Shown: positions 12,162 through 22,510 of the stretch, piece by piece | Numbering within the stretch: position 1 is the first letter of the stretch | Layout: every line of letters starts with the position of its first letter | From: the human T2T-CHM13v2.0 reference genome, Homo sapiens | NCBI RefSeq assembly: GCF_009914755.1 | Contig: NC_060926.1 | DNA: 64,000 bases | Strand: one strand, 5' to 3' | Translations under genes and position numbers: made by a program | The notes under the pieces: generated by a model | What the model was told of the DNA's origin: nothing | Database searches by the model: none | Seen by the model: the letters and a program-made list of their open reading frames with translations, nothing else

Positions 12162-12353
12162 CCTCCCAAATAGGTTACTTGCATTTTGGTTCATGCTTTC
12201 AAGTCTTCCTCTTGGGGAACCTGGACTAAGACAGGGCCATGAATGCCAGGCTAATGACTCTTATTTAAGGGGGAATAGGGAGTCACTGAAGGTTGTGAAC
12301 AGCAGTAGTGACCTGACGGAAAGCGCATCTCCTGAGCAGTGACAGCCCAGCGT

Positions 12354-12635
12354 TGGGGCCCCACCCACATGTCTCCTGCAGGCTTTAGGGCCCAAGGGCC
12401 AAAGCCATCTGCCACCACCTGTACCTCTTTGTCCTGGGCTTTCTGTGCCCTCTGGGATGCATTTACCACTTGGAGGGGAGGTGAGAATTTCATGGGAGTT
12501 AAGCCCATCTGGGAGCAGTTCTCAATGAATGGCAAATGGCAGTTGGTGTGTGTACACCCCAGCTCCTCATGCTTGGATATCTCCAAAATTTACAGGGCTT
12601 CCCCAATGGGGTTAGGGTCCTGCCACCCAGTGTGG
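12354..12635 (+). repeat. 282-bp direct repeat, copy 2 (derived insertion)
   Basis: Offset 1203 bp from copy 1; flanked by CAGCGTT at 12348-12354 and 12636-12642. Confidence 0.95.
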
Positions 12636-14699
12636 CAGCGTTTAACCAAAGAACCCAAATCCAGGCTCTCTCTGAGGTCACTGGAGTCAGGGCTGGCCAC
12701 AGAAACCCTGGGCCAATGGGAACAGAGGGTGCAGTCCGGTGCAGGAAGGCTGGGTGATGCCCACCTCTCTCTGCCACACTGTCTCCTGCCCCCGGTGCCA
12801 ACCAGGAGCTCTGCTTCCTGGCAAGTGAAGCCTTGCCTGGGCCCAGCCTTGGTGGAGCCTCACGTGGGCATCCCTCAAAGCCTCCAGGGCAGAGACAGCT
12901 GTGGCTTTCCTCCCTCTCTCTTGCTACCTGGAATTTCCAAAAGGATTCCTGCTACATGATGCATTCTCTCTCCCACCAAAAGGAGAGATGTACCGAGTTC
13001 CCAGCTCCAGCTGCAGGACTGCTTCACCTTCTCTCTGGGCTGAAGTCTTGCTGGAGAACCTGTTTGCAAGAGTCATCTGGCTCTGCCACAGCCTCCCTGC
13101 TGTGCCCCCTCCATTGCCCAGCAGGAGCCTTGGTTCAGCTCTCACAGCCCCACCCAGCCCCAGCCAGCTAGTAACCATGAACACATTACTTCCTGGGCCT
13201 CAGTTTCCCCAGAACTAATCCCTATCTGACCTCTCAGCTGTACAGCCGTGGCCAGCAGGACAGCAAACAGGGCTCTGGGGGACCTGGCCCTGCTTCCTCC
13301 TGCCCTGCACCTGGGCTCCAGGGACACTCTGTGCTCCCCAGCTCACCATGCTGTCATCCACGTGCTATCTCTGCTTGGATCGCGTCCACTCCTGCTTCTC
13401 ACCAGGGAAATCTCAACTCATTGTTTGGAACCTGGGCTCTGTGTCTTCTGTGTGATCAGTTCTTGGCGAATGACCTCTCAGCCACTCCCTCCATCTATTC
13501 CTCCATGGTAGCGCTTACCTGTTGGCCTCTGTCTCCTCATTTGGGCGAGGACTTCCCAAGGGCACAGTCCGTGTCTGTCATTATCCCAGTGCTCCTAGGT
13601 GCAACCGCATACGGGTATCTAATCAACAGTGGTTGAACCAATGACTGGGTGTATGCCTGGGGGGGAAGGAGAGGTGATTATACCCCCTACCCCTATGCAT
13701 AGTCTTTCTAAATGCATTTTAAAAATGCATTTAGAAAAATGCCTGCTCAACACCCTTATATTAACTGAGCTTTGGGGACTGGGGAAGAGGAGCTGCCCCC
13801 ACCAGCGAGAAGCAGGGTGGGAAGTGACAGGAGGTTCAGGAGAAGGGCTGATGAGCGCGGTGGTTGGAATTCAAGCCAGCAAGTAACCACAAGACCCTCC
13901 TTGCAGGACAACCTCCTCCCCTGGGATGGAGCTTGGGCCATTTCAGTGGGGCACCGAGGAAAAGCAGGAGGCGTTGGTTCAACCAGGCTGCCACATCGCG
14001 CAAAAGCCGGGCCTTCTCAATACACCCTCCTTTTCCTCAGTGACACCCCCCCAACCCTTCTCTTTCTAGCTGGCACTCTCACACCAGCCCCTCCTCTCCC
14101 CAGACCCCTCTCTCCACTGGGGAAGTTTCCTTCTCTCCGCTTGCTCCAATCCGCAGGTCTCAGTGATGTCTGAGCCACCCCTGGGGACCAGACAGGCCTG
14201 GCCTCCCCCTCTCTCACTGACCCTCTCCCAGACCCCGACTCCAGCCACACAGCTCCAGCTCAGCTCTCGGGGCTCACCACCGCCTGCCTCTGTCCTTGCA
14301 CATGGGCACTCTCTGCCTGCCACATCCCCTTCCTCCTCTTTCTGGGCATCTCCTCAGCAGCCGGGCCCCAGACACATTTTCTGCGTGGCTCCTACAGGGC
14401 ACCTCTGGAGAAAGCTTTCCTGACAGCTGGTCACCTCCGCAGGCTGGTTCAGGTGCCCTCTGCCATTCTTCCGTACCCATCAGCCCCTCTACTTACCTGC
14501 ACCACAGCATTTGGACCCAGATCTGGGCACAAGAGTGACCTGCCTGTGAGTTCTTGAAGGTGGGAGCCATGTACTATTTATCTCTGGCCATGGCTTGATA
14601 CATGGTAGAAATTTAATAGGTGTTTGTCGATTAATCTAATAACTGAAAGAAAATATACTGGCTTCTACCAAGTTGAAATCCACAAGCCCCCCTTTTAAA

Positions 14700-14850
14700 A
14701 AATTATTTTTAATTTTTGTGGGTATATAGTAGGTGTTTGTATTTATGGAGTACATGAGATGTTTTGATATAGGCCTCCAATGCTTGATAATCATGTCATG
14801 GGAAATGGGGTATCCATCCTATCAAGCACTTATCCTTTGTGTTACAATCA
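14700..14850 (-). mobile_element. L1MA-type 3' end fragment
   Basis: aatttttgtgggtatatagtaggtg...aaatggggtatccatcc...ttatcctttgtgttacaa. Confidence 0.75.
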
Positions 14851-15519
14851 CTAGCCTCCCTCTTTCAAGAAGATCAGTTCTTTATTTGTAAGCTTTTTCT
14901 GTGGCCATCAATCACAGTGGGTTTAGAACATGAAAATGTGCAGCAGTGTGGCTGGAGGGGGTCTTAGGGGATTCACGATTGCTTAGGGCTCCTCTGCGCC
15001 TCCCTTGCTGAGAGCCCCCCCATGCTCCCTACCCCAAGCACAGTGACCCCAGTGCACATGGTCTTGCTCCACCTCAGAGATGTGCCAAGACCACACTGCC
15101 CTTCAGCCTCCATCACTGCGAAGTCACAGGTAATAGCAGCAGCTAATTGTCAGGCCCATGGGGACACCGTGGACATTTCATAGAAGGAATGTGTCCTTGG
15201 CATGAGTTGCCAAGAAGATTGCAAAGTGGATGCAGAAACTTCCTGACTTCAGGGGAATGAACAGAGAAAAAATCATCAAGCAGATGGTCTCCCCAGTCCT
15301 CTCTCACTTCCCTGCCGGAATTCCACTTCCCTCTGTCATCAGGCAATGATACAGATTTTACAGATGACTTTCTTTCCTGCAAAGGAAAGTCAGTCCTGAG
15401 AAACAAACTACATGCTTAATAAGCCATTTCCCTCCTAAGAGGGCTCTGGTTCTGTCTTGGGACAAGAGGGGCCCATGTCCGTTTGTGGGGCCAGTGGGAC
15501 TCCTGGCAGGAGGGGCCTC

Positions 15520-15860
15520 TGCTGTGGGTTGAATGTTTATACCCCCCTCAAATTCACATGTTGAAGCCTTAACCCCAATGGGATGGTATTTGGAGATGGG
15601 GCCTTTGGGAGGCAATTAGGTTTAGACAAAGTCATGAGCATGGACCCCTATGATGAGATTAGCCCCCTTATCAGAAGGGGAAGAGACTCTCCACCACGTG
15701 AGGACACTGGAAGGTGCTGCCTAAAAGCCAGGACCTTCATCAGACAACAGCTCTCCTGGCACCTTGATCTTGGACTTCCAGCCTCCAGAACTGAGAAATA
15801 AATGTTGTTTAAGCCACACCATCCATGATCTTTTGTTACAGCGATTTGAACTAAGAGATA
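15520..15860 (+). mobile_element. MLT1A-like MaLR LTR
   Basis: tgctgtgggttgaatgttt...ggggcctttgggaggcaattagg...ttggacttccagcctccagaactgagaaataaa. Confidence 0.85.
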
Positions 15861-16291
15861 CCTTCCAAGACTTTACACAGAAGGCAGAGAATGGACTCAC
15901 TCTCCACCCCTGCTGAGAGCCCTGGGTGGGCTGTGGATTTCAGAGTGAGCAGAACTAGGTTTGAATTTCAGCTCTGCTATTTACTTGAAGTGACATTTTG
16001 CTCAGCCTAATGTTTCCTCTTCATAAAAAGGGAATATTAACACTCATTTCTCAGGGTTGTTATGGAGACTGAACCCAAAAAGTTACCCAAAGCACAGGAG
16101 CTAAGCCCCATAGTCGATGTGCAGCAAACCACAGCTGTCTTGTCCTTCCATGCCCATCTGGGTATACGGAGATGTGAATTTTTTTCTCCACAGCTCTAAG
16201 GTGTGCTGTGGCTCACATCAGGGTGGGAAGGCAAGGAACAAGGGGATGATTGTTGAGGAGGGAGAATCAGCTAAATAAACCAAAGCTAATT

Positions 16292-16597
16292 TTTTTTGTT
16301 TTTTGAGACAAAGTCTCCCTCTGTCACCCAGGCTGGAGTGCAGTGGTGCAATCTCAGCTCACCGCAACTTCTGCCTCCCTGGTTCAAGCAACTCTTGTGC
16401 GTCAGCCAAGTAGCTGGGATTACAGCCATGTGCTGCCATACCCAGCTAATTTTTTTATTTTTAGTAGAGACGGGGTTTTGTCATGTTAGCCAGGCTTGTC
16501 ATGAACTCCTGGCTTCAAGTGATCTGGCCTCAAGTGATCTGCCTGCCTCATCCTCCCAAAGTGCTGGGATTACAGGTGTAAGCCACTGCGCCTGGCC
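16292..16597 (-). mobile_element. Alu (older S/J type) with an internal 15-bp duplication
   Basis: Complete dimer; ctggc(t/c)tcaagtgat occurs twice; TSD caaagctaattttt/caaagctgattttt. Confidence 0.95.
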
Positions 16598-17297
16598 CCA
16601 AAGCTGATTTTTAAACAATAATGGAAAACCTGATGGGCCATCAGAGCAGCAGATACCTGGCAGTCGGGGGAGGAAAGGACATCTCACCCCTAATATGCCA
16701 TTTTCATTTCAAATGAGCAGTGGAGCAAAACAAACAAAATAAACTCAAACTATAGCACTAAATATAGTCCAAAACATTAAGATTAAAATTAAATTTAAAT
16801 CAAATTTAAAAAAAAACTAAATTAAGATTAAAATTAAAATTAAGATGAAACATTAAGTGCAAAAGAAATCTATAAAAGTACTAGAAGACAATGTTGTTTA
16901 ATATTTATATTCTTGAGATGAAAAGAGACTGTTTAAGCATGATGCCAAAGTACAAACCATCAAAGACGCAATTGACAGATTTGATCATAAAAAGAGAACA
17001 GTTCTACTTTCCAAACAAGCCATAAACAGAACTAAAGGCAACTGACAACCTTACAAAATATATTTATAACATATATAGCTAGTAAGATGTTCAACAGCTA
17101 CAATATATAAATAGCCATTAAAAATCAATAGAAAAGAAATATTACAGTAAAAGGGAATGGAATGATATCACACAGAAAACATATAATTGGTCAGTATACA
17201 AATAAATGTTCAACCACCTATTCAATCAAATAAGTGCTAAATGAAGTATCATTTTGCTCTGTTCTTCAGTTGGCAATGATTAAAAAGACAATAGTTG

Positions 17298-17735
<438 letters not shown>

Positions 17736-17998
17736 TCAGGAATTTATGCCAAGGAAATATTCATGAATACATGCAGAGATTTAGCTATAAAATCATTTAT
17801 AGCAGCATTGTTCACAAAAGGAAAAAAGTATAAAAACATACTTTGAGGATTGATTCAATACAATTTTGAATATTACATAATCACTAAAATAACACAGAAG
17901 GAGAATTTTTAGTGACTAGAAATAAGTTTATTGTGTATTGTTAGCTGAGGGAAAAGATTATGAATTAGCGATGCATTCATTATAAGCCCTGATTTTTT

Positions 17999-18001
<3 letters not shown>

Positions 18002-18042
<41 letters not shown>
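18002..18042. repeat. (TA)n microsatellite
   Basis: Directly visible. Confidence 0.97.
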
Positions 18043-18048
<6 letters not shown>

Positions 18049-18399
18049 GAAACACTGTATATATGTTGACAACAGTCATCTCAAGGGAATAACTTTTATT
18101 TGCTACTGTTTTGTTCTCAGCCTTTTCTATTTTTCTTTGCAATGAATATTTATTACTTTGCAACAAGACAAATTTTTAATTATTTTAAGAAATTTTTACT
18201 TCAAGAAAAGAAAGCTCCACGTTGGCCACTGCTGACTATATTGTCCTAAGGTTGCCTCTTAAATGTAGGTTTGAAAAGGGGATGGATGCAGAGCAAGTGT
18301 GAGTTTATGGTGGAAGATACCTCCTACAGAAGGTTCTAGAGCCAGAGCCTCCAGTATCCGCACCTCCACTCCGGAAACACTGAGGGAAACAGGGGAACG

Positions 18400-19400
18400 T
18401 ACCTGAAAGGCCAAGTCCAGATGGTCCTCAGAGTCCCATCCCCTTGAGCGTCTCGGGCTCTCTGCCTTCCCTCACCAGCGTGGCTTCGGTGGCCACGGTC
18501 CGACGGGCCGTCATGGAAGTGTCTGGTGGCTGCAGGCAGGGCTGGGTGAGGGGAGGTGGGGGAGCTGGCGGGAGGGTTCCTGCGTGGAGCAGAGGGGAGG
18601 GCCGGTCCCAGGAGGGAAGCCTGGGGTGGAGTGAAGATCTGGGCTCTGTGCTCCACACCCTGCTGCCGCCCGGGGAGGGGCCGGCGTGGCTTCCTTCCCT
18701 TCCTTCCCCCACGCAGGGCCCACTCAGATCTCACGGTTCCTGAGCGGTGGCCGCAGCCCACGGCAGCGCGGAGAGAGCCGAAGGTGAGAAGAGACTTGCT
18801 TGCATCCGGATGGAAGATGGGCCGGGGAGCTGCTGACTGAGCCCCGGGTCCAGGGTGGGAGTTACGGGGGCAAGGCCCCACCGTGCACCGGGGACACCAG
18901 CGCATTTCTCGACTCCGAAGCCCTGTGCGGAGTCTCCTGGAACCTAAGACAGAGGCGGCGCCTTTTCCTCCGGGGCTGAGGTTCCCCGCGGCAGTGAGGC
19001 CTTGGCCAACCGGGCTCGTTCTGCTCCTCCAGGGCTGCGACTCCCCTCGTCTCGGGCTCTCCTGGTGGAATCAGGGAGACCGGGCAGGGACAGGGGGCAC
19101 AGGGAGCCGTGATGGCGCCGCCGGTGGGAAGGAAGGAAGACCAGAAGGCGGCTGGGGCCATCGGAGACTGCTCCCTCTGGCCTCGGCTGGCCCTTCTCAC
19201 CTCACTTCTCCCTCCCCCGGCTGGGCCGAGGACGCCTCCCACTTGCACGACCTTGTTCTGCTGGTCTCCAGCTGCTGCCTCTGTCTGGAAGGCTCTTCAC
19301 CACCTGTGGACACGCGCTTACTGTTGAAAGCCCAGTTCAGACGCCTCTCTTCCACTAAGGCCCTGGAGGCCCAGGGAGGACCCTCCGCCTTCCTCCGGGC
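18400..19400. promoter_or_regulatory. CpG island, probable (possibly bidirectional) promoter
   Basis: Abrupt rise in GC and CpG density in non-repeat sequence; G-rich boxes; splice donors point outward on both strands. Confidence 0.7.
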
Positions 19401-20184
19401 CCCTTCCCACCTGCCTTGCTCGCGTGTGAGTGCTGCCCCCTCTACTCTGCATCACAGCTAGCTGTAAGCACACCTGTGTCCCCACCCAGCCGCCTCCCCT
19501 CCGCCTCCCAGGGCCCAGCACCCACTTCGAACACAGCAGGAGCTCACCTAGGGCTTATTTGGTTTCATCAACTGATTCAGCCCCCGTGCGTGAACAGCTA
19601 AGGTTTTATTCCCGTTTACTAAAGAGGTCATGGAGGGTCAGAGAAGTTAAATGACTTGTCCAATATCAAGAAGCTGTCACCTGAAGAGGTTGGATGGGCA
19701 ATGGGGAAGGGACGCTCAAGGCCATCATTCCCAGGACCTTCCCTGTCGTCTTCCTGTGAACCCCGGCCACGCAAAGGGATCTCGCCCAGCCTTTCCAAAA
19801 GAGCCCCAGGCTTCGGACTACACGATTCCCCTCACAGCCACAGCTGACGAAGAGCTCCCAAGGTCCCAGCAATCTATGACACAGCTGCTGGGAAACTGCC
19901 CCCCCACACCTCCTCCAACCACGAAGCAGGCTGCATGCAGGTTCCCTCCCTCCAGAATGTGACCGTGGAACCCCCATCGAGAGAGGGAATCACAGCCTTG
20001 GTGGGAAGCGGAGAGAAACCAAGCAGAGTCAAGGCACGGGGTGGAGTTGGGACAAGCAAAAGCGGAAATTGTGATGGCAGCAGCCTGGGGACCACAGAAG
20101 GGCAGACCTGCACTGCAGCGTCACTGAGGAGCAGGGGATCCCGGCCCCTGCTGTAGACGCTGGGAGCGAGGTCCCAGCACCACT

Positions 20185-20340
20185 GCTGGTCCTGCCTCTG
20201 GGGTGCGACCTGTGTAGCCCCATAGGCCACCTCGCTTGGCTTAAGACTCTGCCATTGCCATCCTGAAACTCTTTACAGTTTTTGAACAAAGGACTCCACA
20301 TTTTCATTAGCTGTGCTTCACAATTTATGATTTATGGCTA
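20185..20340. mobile_element. MER45A-like hAT DNA transposon
   Basis: gggtgcgacctgtg...cgcttggcttaa...ccatcctgaaactc...tttttgaacaa...cattttcatt resembles the recalled consensus. Confidence 0.6.
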
Positions 20341-20359
20341 TACCCCTATTAAAATTATG

Positions 20360-21400
20360 TTTTCAAAAATTATTACTGAGGCAAAATTCACATAACAAAA
20401 TGTACCATTTGAACCATTTTAAAGTGTACACTTCAGTGCGTTTCAGTGCAGTCATAGATGTTGTGCCACCATGATCAATATCTGATTCTGGAATATTTTC
20501 ATCAACCCATAAAGAAACTACCGTCCGTGAAGCAGTCACTCCCCATCCTCCCCTACCCCCACACCCCGACAACCATGAATCTCCTTCCTGTTCTATGGAT
20601 CGACCTATTCTGGACATTTTATATAAGTGGAATTACACAACATGCGAGCTTTTGTGCCTGGCTTCTTTCACTTAGCATGGTGTGTTCGGGGTCCATGCGA
20701 GTTGCAGCATGTATCAATATCCATTCCTTTTCATAGCTGAATAAGATTCCATGGCATGGATAAACCACATATTGTTTAACCTTCCATCAGTCCATGAACA
20801 TTTGCCTTGTTTCTATTTTTTTGGCTATTGTGAATAATGCTGCTGTGAACGCACAGATACAAGTGTGTGCTTGGACATATCTTTTCATCTCTTGGAAATT
20901 CACCGAGGAGTGGAATTGCTGGGTCATATGGTAGCTCTGTGTTCAACTTTTTCTTTCCAGAACAGGAATGGAAGTTTATTTATAAAGCTTTAGAACAGGA
21001 AAGAGGAAGATGCGCTTGGCAGGGATCCAAGTAGGCGCCAAGGTCCAAGAGAGAAAAGAAGAGAGAAAAAAGAGAGCTGTGTTCAACTTTGTGAGGAGCT
21101 GCCAGGCTGTCTTCCCCAGCAGCCGCACGCTTTACATTCCCACCAGCACTGTATGAGAGTTCCAATTCCCCACATCCTTGCCAACACCCATCTTCTGTCG
21201 TTTTGATTTTAGCTCTCCTAGTGGGTGTGCAGTGGTATCTTGTCGTGGTTTTGGTTTACATTTCCTAATGACTAATGATGTTGAGCATCTATTCACGTGC
21301 TTATTGGCCATTTGTGTCTTCTTTGGGAAAACATGCATTAAAGTTCTTTGCCTGTTTTTGAATTGGGTTATTTGTCTTTTCGTTGCTGACTTGCATCTCT
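20360..21400 (-). mobile_element. L1MB-type 3' region with a 126-bp internal insertion
   Basis: aaattcacataacaaaatgtaccatt...tttacattcccaccagca...ttcctaatgactaatgatgttgagcatct; ORF 21132-21419 shows degenerate ORF2 C-terminal similarity (QMANKHVNRCSTSLVIR). Confidence 0.88.
20951..21076 (-). mobile_element. TSD-flanked polyadenylated retrocopy of an ERV LTR 3' segment
   Basis: 14-bp TSD CTGTGTTCAACTTT (20937-20950 and 21077-21090); minus-strand AATAAA (20975-20980) lies about 18 nt before an A-rich tail. Confidence 0.7.
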
Positions 21401-22229
21401 GGGTTTTGGATTCCCCCATGAGGTTCCATCTCCCTTATTCCCCCATCCAGACCCTCACAATGGTCCACTCTCTCACCCTAAAAAGAACACAGATACAGAC
21501 GTTTTACCATTTCTGCCTTCCTTCTTCTAACCCCCTAAATAGGTGCTAGTTCCTCTTCTGGGTTTTTAATTTAGGCAATCATTATTTCCCACCCAGATAC
21601 TTCCCTTGGGGCAACGCTGCCCTGGCACACTGGATATTTGGGACTATTTTAAATATATCCATTAAACCTTAGCCAATTAGCATAATTCTGAGACTTCTTC
21701 CTCATTGGAATGAAAGGGAGACATTTGCCCCACGCAGCCAGGGACTCATTGAGAAACTCACCAGCAAGGGGCCATTCACAGGGCACTTCCCAGAGGAGGG
21801 AAAGTCATGGAAATGAACAGGACACCAGACACTAAGAGGTGATTCCCTTTCTTCTTAAACCTAACACAGTGCATTTTGTACTTTGAAGATTTCCAGCACT
21901 TCCAACAAGGAATAAAACAGACGGATTATAGTCCAGTTTACACTAAGTTCCTGGCAAACACGAAGAACATGTGATTTATTCTGACCAAGCGCAACAGGGA
22001 GTTTTTTTAGCAGGACTCCCTGAGACCTCGCAGAGGCTGAGAGACCATCCACTCCCCGCTCTGCTGGGTTGTAGCAACTCGGTCCATTCAGATGAAACAC
22101 ACACAATTCGTCATTAACTCATTCTTTCTGCATTTTTGCTCATATAAAAAAAGTCTCTTCCAGCTGTGGCAGATGCTGGAAAAGAAGAAATATAATCAAC
22201 AAACTTCTGTTGCAGTTCAGGTCAGGACT

Positions 22230-22510
22230 AAACACCAAAGTGCCAGGGGAAATGGGTTTTGCGACCCAGCTCCCTCCCCGCTGGGTGGGGACCTCTGCTG
22301 TGCGTTCTGGAGGAGTTCCCAGAGTCCTAGAGGGATGAAGCTTCAGTTGCTCACAGTGGTGACTTGCTCGGTGACACCCCATGACCGGCTGTCCTCCCCT
22401 CCCTTCTCACTTCCTCTCACCCCTTCTGTTTCCTGGGATCACTTCCCAAATGATTTACCTGCCCCCATCCTTGTCTCAGGGTTTGCTTCTGGGGGGATGT
22501 CAAATTTAGA
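22230..22510 (+). mobile_element. LTR16-like ERVL LTR fragment
   Basis: gacccagctccctcccc...cagttgctcacagtggtgac...ctgggatcacttcccaaat...tctcagggtttgcttctgggg. Confidence 0.7.

Larger units (their letters stand above)
11083..12233 (+). mobile_element. Old ERVL LTR (LTR16-like), split by an MST insertion
   Basis: Starts tgtggctgcc, has an internal caccccagctcc motif, and resumes at 12162 with cctcccaaata...ggggaacctggactaagaca, a typical LTR16 3' end. Boundaries approximate. Confidence 0.6.

Noticed and set aside
11151-12635. The 282-bp direct repeats as the LTR pair of a small retroelement
   Set aside because: There are no TG...CA termini, PBS/PPT or outer TSD, and the intervening DNA is old MST/MER30 sequence. 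The short direct repeat flanks copy 2 alone.
18336-19461. 190-aa ORFs in the CpG island
   Set aside because: Expected in GC-rich, stop-poor DNA; mostly non-ATG starts, overlapping on both strands, with no recognisable domain.
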